A stretch of DNA of 64,000 nt, taken from the sequence record NC_010324.1. The stretch is one strand, 5' to 3'. This DNA is from Escherichia phage phiEco32. Positions 30,483 to 41,808 of this stretch are shown here, in pieces. Position 1 is the first letter of the stretch. Every line of letters starts with the position of its first letter. The position numbers and the translations under genes were made by a program. Under the pieces are notes generated by a model that saw nothing but the letters and a program-made list of their open reading frames with translations, was not told the origin of the DNA and ran no database searches.

Positions 30483-30490
30483 TAAAAGAA

Positions 30491-30525
30491 AAGCCCCAAC
30501 CGAAAGGAAGGGGCTTTATTTGTTT
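30491..30525. terminator. bidirectional rho-independent terminator at the convergence of the plus and minus modules
   Basis: Stem gcccc/ggggc flanked by an A-run on one side and a T-run on the other, so it is followed by U-runs on both strands. Confidence 0.6.
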
Positions 30526-30841
30526 CTAAGTTTTAAAAACCATCAAATTCGTCATACATCCCAATTCTCTTCAGAAGTCTGGATGTTCATCTTCAAAGCA
30601 TCCTGAGATGCCTCCATAGAACCAATCCGATTTACTTCCAAGGATAACAACTTCTTCATTCATATACCCTCCTAGATTGTGTTTATAAAATTAGTAAGTT
30701 TCTCTTCACTTTCATCAAAATCTTTTCCAGCTGCTTCCATCTCCCAAGTATCGGCATTGTCAATAAAGCTCTGAGCTTCTAATAGATCGTGGATTAAGTC
30801 GAAGAGTTTATTTTTATCTGCTTGTGTGATCATGTCAGTTC

Positions 30842-31099
30842 CTAGATTAAATCGTAATACTGAATAATGTCAGAGAGTTTGAACTCTCGAATCTCATCTT
30901 TCTCTATATCTATCGCTGTCATAATCCAACAAGGTTTGCCACCGTTATGAAAACGGGAGCTAGCAACGGAGGTTCGGAGTGGAATAACGGACCGGTCAGC
31001 AACCTCGCCTCTCCAATTGCGATAGCGAAAGCGAAGCACTTGTTGCGTAGATTTTTGATCATCACTCATTTCCTTTTTTGAATTGTTTTCTTGCATCAT
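30842..31099 (-). CDS. hypothetical protein
   Basis: ORF track; true start may be the internal Met (about 31069). Confidence 0.4.
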   Translation of the reverse strand: MMQENNSKKEMSDDQKSTQQVLRFRYRNWRGEVADRSVIPLRTSVASSRFHNGGKPCWIMTAIDIEKDEIREFKLSDIIQYYDLI

Positions 31100-31466
31100 T
31101 TTCCATCTTAGTTTTTAGTTTATGACAAGGGTCTTTACACAGAACCTGAAAACCTTCTTTCTCACACAGAGCACGAGAGATGATTTCGTCCCAAGTTGCT
31201 TCATGATCAAGAGGAACTATAGGATCTATGTGGTCAATAGCCATATCCTTTACAGGGTGGTCAGAACCACACATGGCACACTTAAAGTGCATTGCCAGTC
31301 TGCCTGTCTTTGGATTAATCTTCTGCTCTGTCTTGGCGTCTGCTAGTGCATCGAACATGGGCTTCCACTTTCTAGTCAGAGAACGAATCCCTGACTTGAT
31401 GAAAGAGTTATAACGAGCTTCAGTCCACTGATTACTGCATCTTGTTTTATTAGCCTTCATTTGCAT
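31062..31466 (-). CDS. HNH endonuclease (zinc-finger type)
   Basis: Motif CAMCGSDHPVKDMAIDHIDPIVPL...LCKDPCHKLK; track ORF extends to 31586 but the likely start is the Met at 31466 or 31460. Confidence 0.6.
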   Translation of the reverse strand: MQMKANKTRCSNQWTEARYNSFIKSGIRSLTRKWKPMFDALADAKTEQKINPKTGRLAMHFKCAMCGSDHPVKDMAIDHIDPIVPLDHEATWDEIISRALCEKEGFQVLCKDPCHKLKTKMENDARKQFKKGNE

Positions 31467-31902
31467 ACTCTCCGTGAAGCTTCTGTCTTTCTTCTCTAAG
31501 AGCTTCTGCGGCAGACTCCAGTGAGTCAAAAACTCCCAGTGAGTACCTCCTTTTATTAGCAGAAATTCTTGCTCTCCATTTACCATTAGGCTCTTGGGTT
31601 ATTCCTTTATATCCGGAAGTGTTATTGTTGTTAATTTTTCTATTGTAGGCATTTTCTAAAGGTGTTACTAGCCTGAGATTATCCCGTCTATTGTTTTGTC
31701 TATCGCAATCTATGTGATCTACAATCTTTCCAGAAATATCCAAACCTTCCATTAGAAAAACCAATCTATGCAACAGGTACTTCTTCCTGTCGATAAAAGC
31801 AAAAAGATACCCATCTCGGTCTACCTTAACTCTAAGTCCAGTAAATTCTCCTGTACTTGGGTCATACTCAAAAGAGCATCTAGTCTTCTCAGACTTCGCC
31901 AT
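31450..31902 (-). CDS. HNH homing endonuclease with AP2 DNA-binding domain
   Basis: GYLFAFIDRKKYLLHRLV...VDHIDCDRQNNRRDNLRLVTPLEN plus C-terminal GYKGITQEPNGKWRARISANKRRYSLGVFDSLESAAEA. Confidence 0.7.
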   Translation of the reverse strand: MAKSEKTRCSFEYDPSTGEFTGLRVKVDRDGYLFAFIDRKKYLLHRLVFLMEGLDISGKIVDHIDCDRQNNRRDNLRLVTPLENAYNRKINNNNTSGYKGITQEPNGKWRARISANKRRYSLGVFDSLESAAEALREERQKLHGEYANEG

Positions 31903-32081
31903 AATCAGCTTCTTCCCAAACTCGTTTGTTTACACGATGACTCACTTTACCCTCACGAGGAATACGACCAGTTCGCTGATCAAACAGTTGATGTTTAATC
32001 TTTTGGTCTTTACGAGATTCACGATTGGAGGAGTTTTCATCATATGAACGATAATCAAATTTACCCATTATAATATCCTTA

Positions 32082-32900
32082 TTACCAAGATTTATCTAAC
32101 CATGTCCAGTCGAACAGGTCTTCCGGAGTCTGACCAACAAAGAGAAGCCGAGCATTCTCAAGCATCTTCTCTTCATCTTCAGTATCGAACTTCTTATAAT
32201 ATTCCATTCGTACTATATGATACATGGTCCACTTGTCTGTAACACCAGCCAACAACTTAGCTGCTGCTTTCTTCCCTATTCCTTGACGTCGAAGCTGAAG
32301 CTTACCTCCCCACATAACTTCTTTACGTTCTCCACATCCGGGGATATTATCTGTACCATCTCCAACCAGCATCTGATAGAAGAAATTTTGCCATGAAACT
32401 AAATCAGACACGTAGTGAGGAGGAACCTCTTTCTGTCTTTCTCCACAAGCCCAACGATAATGCCATCCGGGAGTTATCAACAAATCTTTGTCTCTAGTAC
32501 AGATGATAGTATTCTTATCTCTGCGTTGCCTTTCGGCTAGTGCATCATCAGCCTCTCTCCCAAATACGTCTATGTATTCATATTTACCTTTAATGTAATC
32601 ACCAACATTTTGCCAGTGAAAAGGTCTTTCTCCGGGAGGTCTATTTGCTTTGTAGTCTTGCTGTTTAGCAACATCAAAACGGAAGTTACCACCTTCGCTG
32701 AAGTAGAACACAACCTTGCTACAACCTGATCGAGCTATGATTGTATCAATCTTATACTGAAGTCGTTCAATCATGAAATTGTAATCAACTGGAACACGTC
32801 CTGTGTCAAGGAAGGGATGCTCCTGAGTAAGAGCACCCACTTCATACCGAAGAACGTCAGCGTCCACTATAGCAACTTCAGGGAGCTTAACTTCTTCCAT
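32082..32900 (-). CDS. 5'-3' exonuclease / flap endonuclease
   Basis: GREADDALAE...ICTRDKDL and H3TH-like LVGDGTDNIPG; start probably an internal Met near 32900 (track start 32924). Confidence 0.75.
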   Translation of the reverse strand: MEEVKLPEVAIVDADVLRYEVGALTQEHPFLDTGRVPVDYNFMIERLQYKIDTIIARSGCSKVVFYFSEGGNFRFDVAKQQDYKANRPPGERPFHWQNVGDYIKGKYEYIDVFGREADDALAERQRRDKNTIICTRDKDLLITPGWHYRWACGERQKEVPPHYVSDLVSWQNFFYQMLVGDGTDNIPGCGERKEVMWGGKLQLRRQGIGKKAAAKLLAGVTDKWTMYHIVRMEYYKKFDTEDEEKMLENARLLFVGQTPEDLFDWTWLDKSW

Positions 32901-33776
32901 AAATATCATCCTGAGCTTGAGCAATAATCCAATCTAGATCTGATACTGCTGATTCAATAGTTGAGTCATTAAACAGTAGATATGTTTTTCTCTGTTCGCC
33001 TTCAATATATGAGCGAGAGTCTCCATCAAAAGAGCAACCATCTCTAAGAACTTGGACAACTTGGACATGGAAATTCTTTTCTAGTTCTCGTACCTCTGCA
33101 TCAAAACCTCCGTCAGTAAACACGACAATATCATCCTGACCTAGCCCTTCTTGTTTGATACTTTTTACAGCAAGATTCCCCATATGATTGTTTCCAAACA
33201 TAGGTTTTAAGAAGTCTTCACTTGTAGAAATCATCAAATCTCTTACAGACTTCCCTCCCCATTCTGGTCTAGGTTTTTCTTTCCATTCACGATCTTCATA
33301 GCGTGCTAGAAAGTTTTCTAGAGGTATTCCTAGTGCAGCAGCAGCTACTCTGTACATTGGCTCCTTGAAGGATTTGGTTGAATATCCATGGTGGTATGAA
33401 TGGGCATTGACCCAAGCATTGGCTATCGTATCTTTACCACAACCCGGAGGCCCATTAAGAATTACTACTAAAGGCTTATAGTGGGAACCTCCCACCATAT
33501 TGGTCAGTGCTGGATTGCCTTGAGATTCCATTTCTAATTGCTCCGTGTGGTCATGTGAGTAGTCTATTGGAGAAGTTTTGTTACCAGTAACTTTAGGTAA
33601 AATCGCTCTAGTTGTTTCTACGTATTTACCGCCATCAATATTGATTTGAAACTCTACAAGCTCATTCTGTAACTCATATCCTGATAAGTTGGATAGCTCC
33701 TCCAACTCATCTCTGACGAAATTTAAATGTTTGATTTTAATTGCAAGAGCTTTCTTTAAAGCTTTTACCTCTTCAT

Positions 33777-33786
<10 letters not shown>
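32887..33786 (-). CDS. P-loop nucleotide kinase (dNMP-kinase-like) with ~110-aa N-terminal coiled-coil extension
   Basis: Walker A VVILNGPPGCGKDT; substrate not inferable from sequence. Confidence 0.6.
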
Positions 33787-35272
<1,486 letters not shown>

Positions 35273-35273
<1 letters not shown>

Positions 35274-35533
35274 TATTCTATTCCACGTTCTTTCAGAGCT
35301 TCTAGCAATCCATTGTGATTGGCAGCACATTCTGTGTACTGGTCCTGATACCACTCCAACGTAGTGGCTAGTGCTTTTCCTTGAGCACTTTCTAAAAGAG
35401 GCAGGTCAACCCTACATTCAGCTTTTAGGTTTGTTGGTAAGGGCATTGATTGCCTGCTGTTGTCGCTCATTGAACAAGCTGACATACTCATCACTAGCGC
35501 AGACATTATAAAAAACTGGTTTAGTTTTCTCAT
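35273..35533 (-). CDS. o-spanin (Rz1-like outer-membrane lipoprotein)
   Basis: Signal peptide with lipobox MSAC, Pro-rich mature part; start at Met 34 of the track ORF; partly embedded in the i-spanin gene in another frame. Confidence 0.55.
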
Positions 35534-35792
35534 AATGCATCTCTTTATAAACGGTTTCCGTGTTCTTCTTCCAGTTAGATAAACCGGTAAGAACCCTCTG
35601 AGCAACTTCATCAGCTGCTCTATTTCTTTCAATCTCTAACTCTTGTTGATGTTTCTCTTTATCCAGATTACTGCTGTCTGTTTGATATTCGTTAAACTTC
35701 ATACCACCAAAGAATACAAGAGCTGAGAAAACGATAAACCCTAAGTTATCACTTAACGTGTTTTGCATGTTGTCTCCAACGAAAAAAGCCAC
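35418..35792 (-). CDS. i-spanin (Rz-like inner-membrane spanin)
   Basis: N-terminal TM LGFIVFSALVFFGGM followed by charged helical periplasmic domain; overlapping architecture with the o-spanin. Confidence 0.6.
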   Translation of the reverse strand: MAFFVGDNMQNTLSDNLGFIVFSALVFFGGMKFNEYQTDSSNLDKEKHQQELEIERNRAADEVAQRVLTGLSNWKKNTETVYKEMHYEKTKPVFYNVCASDEYVSLFNERQQQAINALTNKPKS

Positions 35793-35825
35793 CCGGAGGT
35801 GGCTAAGCTATAACAAGGAGAGTTA

Positions 35826-36572
35826 TTAGAATGGGCTATCGTTGTCGTCTTCGTAAGTAGAAGCAGGCTCTTTATCAATCGTAGGGATTGAAGGAGTAGC
35901 TTCTTTCTGCTCTGTTTCAGAAGCACGAGTAATTTCACGACCAGCCAGAGGCATGTTCTTAGCGTCATTAGCTTGAGTAAGCAGGTTGCGCTGGAACGGG
36001 AACATCAGTTGATATGATGCTACGTTCTCATCGGTTTCAGCATACGGTTCGAAGAATACCAGAGGACTACGAGCTTCACCAACTGCTGCACGATATTTGG
36101 TTGGGATTGGAGAAATGGTCTTGATGGAGTTTTTAACTTCACCAGCTTTGTTAGTGTAAGAGTTAACCAGAATGTTAACAGGCTGGCCTAACAGAACATC
36201 CTTGAACCAAGACAGATCGCCTTTCAGTGCTTGAATACTTGGGTCAATCATCTTGCAAAGATCAAGAATACCAGAGTTCTTAGCTCGTGGGTTTACATCA
36301 TAGCTCTTGAACTGGCAAGCCGGACGTGGTTCTAATGCCTTACCATCGGAATCTTTACCAGTAGCATCAACACCAATCAGCTCGAAAGCCAAATCCATAC
36401 GGAAAGCCGGATTCTTAGGAGTCACTGCTTTGGTCTTCGGGTCAATCCAAGGGTCACGATTGTGAACACCCAAACCTACTACACGAACGATACGTGCTTC
36501 GTACTCACCATCAGGGATTACATCGTAGTTGGATTTACGGGAAGCAGTTGCGATAGTTGGAATCATAGACAT
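35826..36572 (-). CDS. putative ssDNA-binding protein (T7 gp2.5-like)
   Basis: 248 aa with acidic C-terminal tail ending ...YEDDNDSPF (terminal Phe as in gp2.5-type SSBs); position in the replication module. Confidence 0.45.
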   Translation of the reverse strand: MSMIPTIATASRKSNYDVIPDGEYEARIVRVVGLGVHNRDPWIDPKTKAVTPKNPAFRMDLAFELIGVDATGKDSDGKALEPRPACQFKSYDVNPRAKNSGILDLCKMIDPSIQALKGDLSWFKDVLLGQPVNILVNSYTNKAGEVKNSIKTISPIPTKYRAAVGEARSPLVFFEPYAETDENVASYQLMFPFQRNLLTQANDAKNMPLAGREITRASETEQKEATPSIPTIDKEPASTYEDDNDSPF

Positions 36573-36631
36573 ATTTTAATTTCCTTATTTAATTTGAAAG
36601 ATTGTTGCTCTCTTTGAGCGGTTATGTATAG

Positions 36632-36640
36632 TATACATTA
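36632..36640 (-). promoter_or_regulatory. TAATGTATA motif (minus orientation) upstream of the SSB gene
   Basis: Plus-strand tatacatta; ~60 nt upstream of the start at 36572; part of a near-palindrome with a plus-oriented TTATGTATA at 36622-36630. Confidence 0.4.
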
Positions 36641-36703
36641 CGCTTATACCGATAAGAGTACTATATAATATAAGTATCTTTGGTAGTAGATATATCACAC
36701 TAG

Positions 36704-36712
36704 TAATGTATA
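36704..36712 (+). promoter_or_regulatory. TAATGTATA motif in plus orientation inside the 416-bp AT-rich intergenic region
   Basis: Exact 9-mer; the only downstream genes are on the opposite strand, so a promoter here would make antisense or noncoding RNA. Confidence 0.3.
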
Positions 36713-36988
36713 TATTGTATAGCTGATAAAGTTATTGCAGGCTTGTATATTGGGCAATTCATAGAATCCCTTGCAAGTACCGAAGGGCAGGAGCCACCTG
36801 CGAGATAAAAATAGAGAATTAAGGAATCCTTGATTTAGGTTGTAGGGACTCCTAGGGACTTTGATTCTCTATTTAAAAGAATAATAATTACTTATTACCT
36901 AAATAATTAACTAACTTACTTAAACCAAATTCAATTAGAATAGATAAAAAGATTATTCCTAAGAAAGCTAAGAAGTAAATAATATAAG

Positions 36989-37288
36989 TTACCATTCAAG
37001 TAAACCTTTAAAGTTAGTTTGTTCTACTATCCTCTGATAACGAAGATTAGAATCAGCTTGTTTCTTTAACATCTCATTATATTGATCTCTGATAGAGTCT
37101 TTATAAACTACAGGTTCTTTAAATACTGAGATCTTCTTTTTCTCAGAGTTAGATAGTACATCCATCACAGGTAAGATCTCCGAGAAGGGACAGTGATAAC
37201 AAACGAGACTGCTCATCGCTATACAGTTGATCAATCTCTTCTTTAAGTTTTGCCAACTCAATGAAATTGATAAGTTGACCATGTTCAA
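36989..37288 (-). CDS. hypothetical protein (start probably an internal Met near 37165)
   Basis: ORF track; overlaps the upstream ORF in a different frame. Confidence 0.4.
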   Translation of the reverse strand: MNMVNLSISLSWQNLKKRLINCIAMSSLVCYHCPFSEILPVMDVLSNSEKKKISVFKEPVVYKDSIRDQYNEMLKKQADSNLRYQRIVEQTNFKGLLEW

Positions 37289-37364
37289 GACAGTCTGTTT
37301 TTAGTATAAATAAAACTTCAGCGTCTGTTGAATCTTCACTTGAATATTTATCAATGTATTCCAT
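37149..37364 (-). CDS. hypothetical acidic protein (71 aa)
   Basis: ORF track. Confidence 0.45.
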   Translation of the reverse strand: MEYIDKYSSEDSTDAEVLFILKTDCLEHGQLINFIELAKLKEEIDQLYSDEQSRLLSLSLLGDLTCDGCTI

Positions 37365-37379
37365 TTTTACTCCTATTAA

Positions 37380-37523
37380 TTATGACCAAGATTTAACTTT
37401 TACTTCGACGTATGTTTTAACTTCACCTTTCAAGACTTCCTGAGAAGCATTTGCACTTTCCTCAGAGTGATGTACAACGGTGATCTCTTTCTTTCCAATC
37501 TTATAAGTGTGAATCCAAATCAT
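37380..37523 (-). CDS. small hypothetical protein (47 aa)
   Basis: Not in the ORF track (<60 aa); ATG overlaps the upstream stop as ATGA; SD GAGGAAG 5 nt upstream. Confidence 0.4.
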   Translation of the reverse strand: MIWIHTYKIGKKEITVVHHSEESANASQEVLKGEVKTYVEVKVKSWS

Positions 37524-37720
37524 ACTTCTTCCTCATATTCCCAATTTCTTTCATAATACCCAGAGTTGTAGTTTAGGGCGCACTTCTCGGCCTCTTCTAT
37601 GTCGTCAGTGTTTAGGATATTTACCCATCCTCCAACTTCATCAAAACCTTCTTCTACTTCGTTAAACCATACACTATACTTTTTCATCGAGAAGTTCTTC
37701 CCCAATCTTTTACATAGCAT
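37520..37720 (-). CDS. hypothetical acidic protein (66 aa)
   Basis: ORF track. Confidence 0.45.
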   Translation of the reverse strand: MLCKRLGKNFSMKKYSVWFNEVEEGFDEVGGWVNILNTDDIEEAEKCALNYNSGYYERNWEYEEEV

Positions 37721-37856
37721 CGACCGTTAACCCACTTTGTCTCTGACTTAAATTCCTGAGACAATCTCACTTCACAGTCTTCTCTACTGGCATCTCCTCC
37801 GATATCAATCAGATACAGGAATAGAGCTATACCTAAAGCCCAAAGAATTATCTTCT

Positions 37857-38249
37857 TCATCGAATCACCAAAGGCTCTTCAGAGTACACAGGAGCGGCTA
37901 TTTCTACAGGAGGTGCTGCCCTAAGGTCATTAAGTCTTACGCCCTTCAGCATACCGTCTAGGTGGTCCTTTTTGGGGATTCCAACAGGGAAGTCGTCAAT
38001 CCAAATATCGACGAAGAAACCTAGCTGTCGACAGACCTCATCCTTCTGCACACCATTACAAAAGATAATAGGAATCTGCAAACACTCTGCATCAATCTTA
38101 ATGTCGTGATTATCGTACCCATTAGGCTCTGCAAAGCGATAAGTTACAAAGCGTACATCGTAGCCCTTTTCTTGCATTAATGCCACCACAGAGCGCCACA
38201 GCTTTTTATCTGAGGTGTAAGTGTCATCGTAATCTAAGCCAATATTCAT
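37857..38249 (-). CDS. HAD-superfamily phosphatase-like protein (possible nucleotidase)
   Basis: N-terminal GLDYDDTYT matches the HAD motif I DxDxT. Confidence 0.5.
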   Translation of the reverse strand: MNIGLDYDDTYTSDKKLWRSVVALMQEKGYDVRFVTYRFAEPNGYDNHDIKIDAECLQIPIIFCNGVQKDEVCRQLGFFVDIWIDDFPVGIPKKDHLDGMLKGVRLNDLRAAPPVEIAAPVYSEEPLVIR

Positions 38250-38383
38250 TCCCCTAGCTCCTCATGTTCGTGACCACAAATAGGGCATTTATATAAATGG
38301 ACAGGTGTTTCGAAGATCTCTGACCATTGCGTATCTATCCTTTTGGATACCGAGCCACATTTATCACATTCAGATTCTAACAT
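38246..38383 (-). CDS. small zinc-ribbon protein (45 aa)
   Basis: Not in the ORF track; CDKCG...CPICG two CxxC pairs; stop overlaps the downstream ATG (ATGA). Confidence 0.4.
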   Translation of the reverse strand: MLESECDKCGSVSKRIDTQWSEIFETPVHLYKCPICGHEHEELGE

Positions 38384-38400
38384 TTCTAAATCCTTTAGAC

Positions 38401-38425
38401 AAGAAAAGCCGCCCGAAGGCAGCTT
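38401..38425 (-). terminator. rho-independent terminator (minus strand): aagcugcc-uucg-ggcggcuu followed by U-run
   Basis: 8-bp stem (one G-U pair on the minus transcript), UUCG tetraloop, U-rich tail. Confidence 0.5.
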
Positions 38426-38430
38426 CTTAT

Positions 38431-38607
38431 TTAACCGTTCACTTTAGCTTCAAGTGTTTCATTTTCAATACTCAAGTCAATCACTACACCAGTAAGCTCA
38501 ACGACTGCTTGGCGAAGGGCATCTTTACCCATAGAGTGTACTTGAGATAAGAAGAAAGCTTTACCTTCTTCAGTGGATAGGGTTTCTTTTAATTCAGAAG
38601 CAGTCAT
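38431..38607 (-). CDS. small hypothetical protein (58 aa)
   Basis: Not in the ORF track; SD AAGGAA 6 nt upstream of ATG; followed by the terminator above. Confidence 0.45.
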   Translation of the reverse strand: MTASELKETLSTEEGKAFFLSQVHSMGKDALRQAVVELTGVVIDLSIENETLEAKVNG

Positions 38608-38616
38608 TGATATTCC

Positions 38617-38784
38617 TTATGTTATGTTATAAATTCGCATGATTGTACCACCATTGGCTTCAATAGCAGCAACCATTTGGTTTCGTTCTTCATCCGTGTA
38701 AACTAACACACTTCTAAACTCACCTGTTGCATCAGTATAAAGGATGTTATATTTTGGAGGCGGTTTACGGTAAATACCTTCCAT
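38617..38784 (-). CDS. hypothetical protein (55 aa from ATG)
   Basis: Track ORF starts at a GTG (38811); the internal ATG has SD GAGGAG 8 nt upstream. Confidence 0.45.
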   Translation of the reverse strand: MEGIYRKPPPKYNILYTDATGEFRSVLVYTDEERNQMVAAIEANGGTIMRIYNIT

Positions 38785-38967
38785 CACTCTTTCTCCTCTC
38801 GTTCTTTCCACAGTTCGGCTAGCTCTAGATAGAACTCAGCCTCATCAGGACGACCTTGTTCATTACAGATGGCGCTCTGACGATAACACCAATCCGATGG
38901 CATCTCTTCCACTTCAATCTCCTTGTTACGAACCAATCAATAAGAATAGTTCATTCGTCTTATTTAT

Positions 38968-39162
38968 TCACTCTACCAATGCAGGTACTTCTATCCTTTT
39001 AACTGTGAATGTCTTGTTTGGAAACTTTCGAACTAGCTCTGCTGCTTTGGTTATTGCTAAGTTCTCTGTCTCAAAGATACACAGTTGACCATTTAATGCT
39101 ACGAGAGTGGAGCCACCGCTGAAGACGGCCCAAGATTCATAATAACCACGAACACTCATCAC
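38968..39162 (-). CDS. hypothetical protein (64 aa)
   Basis: ORF track; start overlaps the upstream stop. Confidence 0.45.
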   Translation of the reverse strand: MMSVRGYYESWAVFSGGSTLVALNGQLCIFETENLAITKAAELVRKFPNKTFTVKRIEVPALVE

Positions 39163-39527
39163 TCAACCTCAATACTGTATAGAGTTTTCAGTGTATCTTT
39201 AATCCAAGCCCGTCGTTTTGGATTCTTATGATGTGCCCCGTTTTCCCTATCTCTAAAATATTGATCACATCCGAATGGGTATGTTGGGTCCAAAAACTTT
39301 TCTTGATTAAACATATTCTTCATGTCGTCAATATCTAAATGCTTTGTGAAATAGTAATACCTCTTATAACAGCGAAAGTTGAAGCATAATCCGTGATCTT
39401 CACTAAACCATTTTGGATAAATTCCAGTCTTAGTTATTTCATAATATTGGAGGAGGAAATCCTCCATCCCCCTCTCTTTAGCTAAACATCTCAATGTTCT
39501 GTAGATGATATTGGTTTCTTTCATCAC
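39159..39527 (-). CDS. hypothetical protein (122 aa)
   Basis: ORF track. Confidence 0.5.
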   Translation of the reverse strand: MMKETNIIYRTLRCLAKERGMEDFLLQYYEITKTGIYPKWFSEDHGLCFNFRCYKRYYYFTKHLDIDDMKNMFNQEKFLDPTYPFGCDQYFRDRENGAHHKNPKRRAWIKDTLKTLYSIEVE

Positions 39528-39532
39528 TCACC

Positions 39533-41377
39533 TTAGTGTGTATGCATCCAGTTAAGTCCAATCTGACAATCAGATGCCAGAGGACATTCCATGTTCAGAT
39601 ACTCGCCAGCTTTCTTAACACAAAGCTCAGTGTGCTCTTTGAGTTTCTGTACATCATTACGGTTTACTGAGAATTGACCTTCATCGTGCATATCAATTAC
39701 CTTAGCACAACGAACCTTATCTTTCTCAATCCACTTGTTAAGGAACATCATAGCATATTTCATAACAACAGCACCAGCACATTGCAGGAGTGTGTTAAGG
39801 GCTTTATGAACCATAACCTTACCAGTGGCATCCCGTCTCATTGTAATCTTACGACCATCAACTCCAATCAAGTATCCTTGAGCAGCTTTCTCTGTCATAC
39901 GATCGATGAGGATTGCAATACATGGGTTCTCTGCTAAGAAACGTGCTCGCATCACTGAACCTTCGTCAGCCCCACCACCTACAATTGAACCAAGCTTAGC
40001 ATCGCCAGCACCGTAGTTGAATGCATAGATAAATGTCTTAGCGTTGTCACGAGTAGGAAGACCAGCAAGTTTCTGGTTGTGGGAGTGGATATCACCTTCA
40101 AGGAGAATATCACGATACATAATAGCAGAAGCTAAACCACGTTCTGCCAGAGCTTTCTTAGCTGGGTTGTTCTCTTCAATTGCCTCAGCAAGCATATCCC
40201 TACACTCTTTAATGAGGTAGTGAGCGAGCATACGAAGTTCCAGTCCAGAACCATCATACCCTAAGAATACTTCTTTACCAGCGGGTATGTAATATTTGTA
40301 AGCGCCTACAGGTTTGTCTTTCTTCCCCGGCTTACCTTTCTCGTAAATTACGTTAGTACCTTTTCGTATATAACAACCATCAGGAACAACGTTAGTAATA
40401 ACGAAAGGACGAGAGTGATCACTGTCTGAGTTATAGTCAGACTCAAACAGACTGCGACACTCGTGACCAAACAAACCACGGGAGGGAATATTAACCACGA
40501 TACGATGTTTGAATCGAAAAGTTGGCGTAGCGCAGCTGTTAGCTTCTGCCGAAAGTTTACCATCTTCGCGTTCCTTTGCTATGAGTCCACTGATAAGACC
40601 TAGCCTGTGAGCCGCTACAACGCGTCTCTTAAGCAAACTTCCAACACTCCCTAGTTCACCCCCTAGCCCTTCTTCAAGAGTCTCCTCGAGGTTTGTAGGA
40701 GCTGTAGGCCACTTGTTTGATGTGGCTAATGCTTTCTTAATCTCATCAAACGTTACAGGATTACGGCGATTAGGGTTCAATCCCAAACCAAACACGTAAG
40801 CTTTCATGTAGTTCTTAGTTTTAAACCTGAAGTGCTTTTCTAAGAACTTCTTAATATCAGCGTCAACCATCTCGGCTGTCTGCTTTTGCTTAGCATTGCC
40901 TCGCATCCAAGCAGTATACCATGCTTGGTATGTTCCATACTTTCTCATATCTTTCTTAATTTCGAAAGTATTCCAAGGCTTCTTAGATACGTTAAACTCT
41001 GGAGGAAGAAAGCCCTCATCCATAAGAGCTTCTTTAACTCGTGCATCCTTCGATGGGTCAAAGTCTACATATTCGACACAGGTGAAAGCTCCACCAATGT
41101 CTTCTCTCTTCAGTCCAACCCTATCACAATAAGCTTGAGGCCACTTCTGCAAAGCCCCTGACTTCTTAAATGGCTTCATGTAAGTAGAGCCATCTAATCT
41201 CATCTTAGGTAAGAGAGGAATCAACTCTCTGTCAATATTAACAATAATCTCTTTAAGGAGGTGAACATACCACCGAGCATTTCTTCGGTTGAAACTCACT
41301 CCGTGCTTTGCTTGCTTAGAGATTATATCAGCGACAGTCATCTCTGTCAAAAATGGAAGAGCGTCCGGGTTGCTCAC
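39533..41377 (-). CDS. family A DNA polymerase, polymerase domain only
   Basis: Motif A LGYDGSGLELRMLAHY, motif B RDNAKTFIYAFNYGAG, motif C IDMHDEGQF; no 3'-5' exonuclease motifs in this ORF. Confidence 0.85.
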   Translation of the reverse strand: MSNPDALPFLTEMTVADIISKQAKHGVSFNRRNARWYVHLLKEIIVNIDRELIPLLPKMRLDGSTYMKPFKKSGALQKWPQAYCDRVGLKREDIGGAFTCVEYVDFDPSKDARVKEALMDEGFLPPEFNVSKKPWNTFEIKKDMRKYGTYQAWYTAWMRGNAKQKQTAEMVDADIKKFLEKHFRFKTKNYMKAYVFGLGLNPNRRNPVTFDEIKKALATSNKWPTAPTNLEETLEEGLGGELGSVGSLLKRRVVAAHRLGLISGLIAKEREDGKLSAEANSCATPTFRFKHRIVVNIPSRGLFGHECRSLFESDYNSDSDHSRPFVITNVVPDGCYIRKGTNVIYEKGKPGKKDKPVGAYKYYIPAGKEVFLGYDGSGLELRMLAHYLIKECRDMLAEAIEENNPAKKALAERGLASAIMYRDILLEGDIHSHNQKLAGLPTRDNAKTFIYAFNYGAGDAKLGSIVGGGADEGSVMRARFLAENPCIAILIDRMTEKAAQGYLIGVDGRKITMRRDATGKVMVHKALNTLLQCAGAVVMKYAMMFLNKWIEKDKVRCAKVIDMHDEGQFSVNRNDVQKLKEHTELCVKKAGEYLNMECPLASDCQIGLNWMHTH

Positions 41378-41393
41378 TTTATACTCCTTTAAA

Positions 41394-41807
41394 TTATTGG
41401 TAAAGTAAATCTGTAAATGCTTGGTTATCTTCTACTACATCCAAGGATGTGGAATCAACAGCATATGTTCTCATTGCTGCATTTGTTTGTGCCCAAGTAG
41501 GTGGAGAATAAGAAGACCTAACCTCACGAGGCTGCTCTCTGACTAGATGGGCCACAACTCTCTGATTAGCAACTTCTTCTCTTTCTCTAATAGCTCTCTG
41601 GATATAGGCCAGCTTCATGCCCCAAGCTTCTTCAAACTCTTGAGGATGCTTATCACTGATAACCACATACTGACGTTCAGGAATACCAGAGCGAATCTCT
41701 GATAATAATTCATGGAACAAATCTAGTTCATGTTCAGTGAGATTCATTTCAATATCATCCCACTTGAGAACTAAGAAACGGTTTTGGTGTCTAGCTGGTA
41801 ATGGCAT
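41394..41807 (-). CDS. hypothetical protein (137 aa)
   Basis: ORF track. Confidence 0.5.
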   Translation of the reverse strand: MPLPARHQNRFLVLKWDDIEMNLTEHELDLFHELLSEIRSGIPERQYVVISDKHPQEFEEAWGMKLAYIQRAIREREEVANQRVVAHLVREQPREVRSSYSPPTWAQTNAAMRTYAVDSTSLDVVEDNQAFTDLLYQ

Positions 41808-41808
41808 C

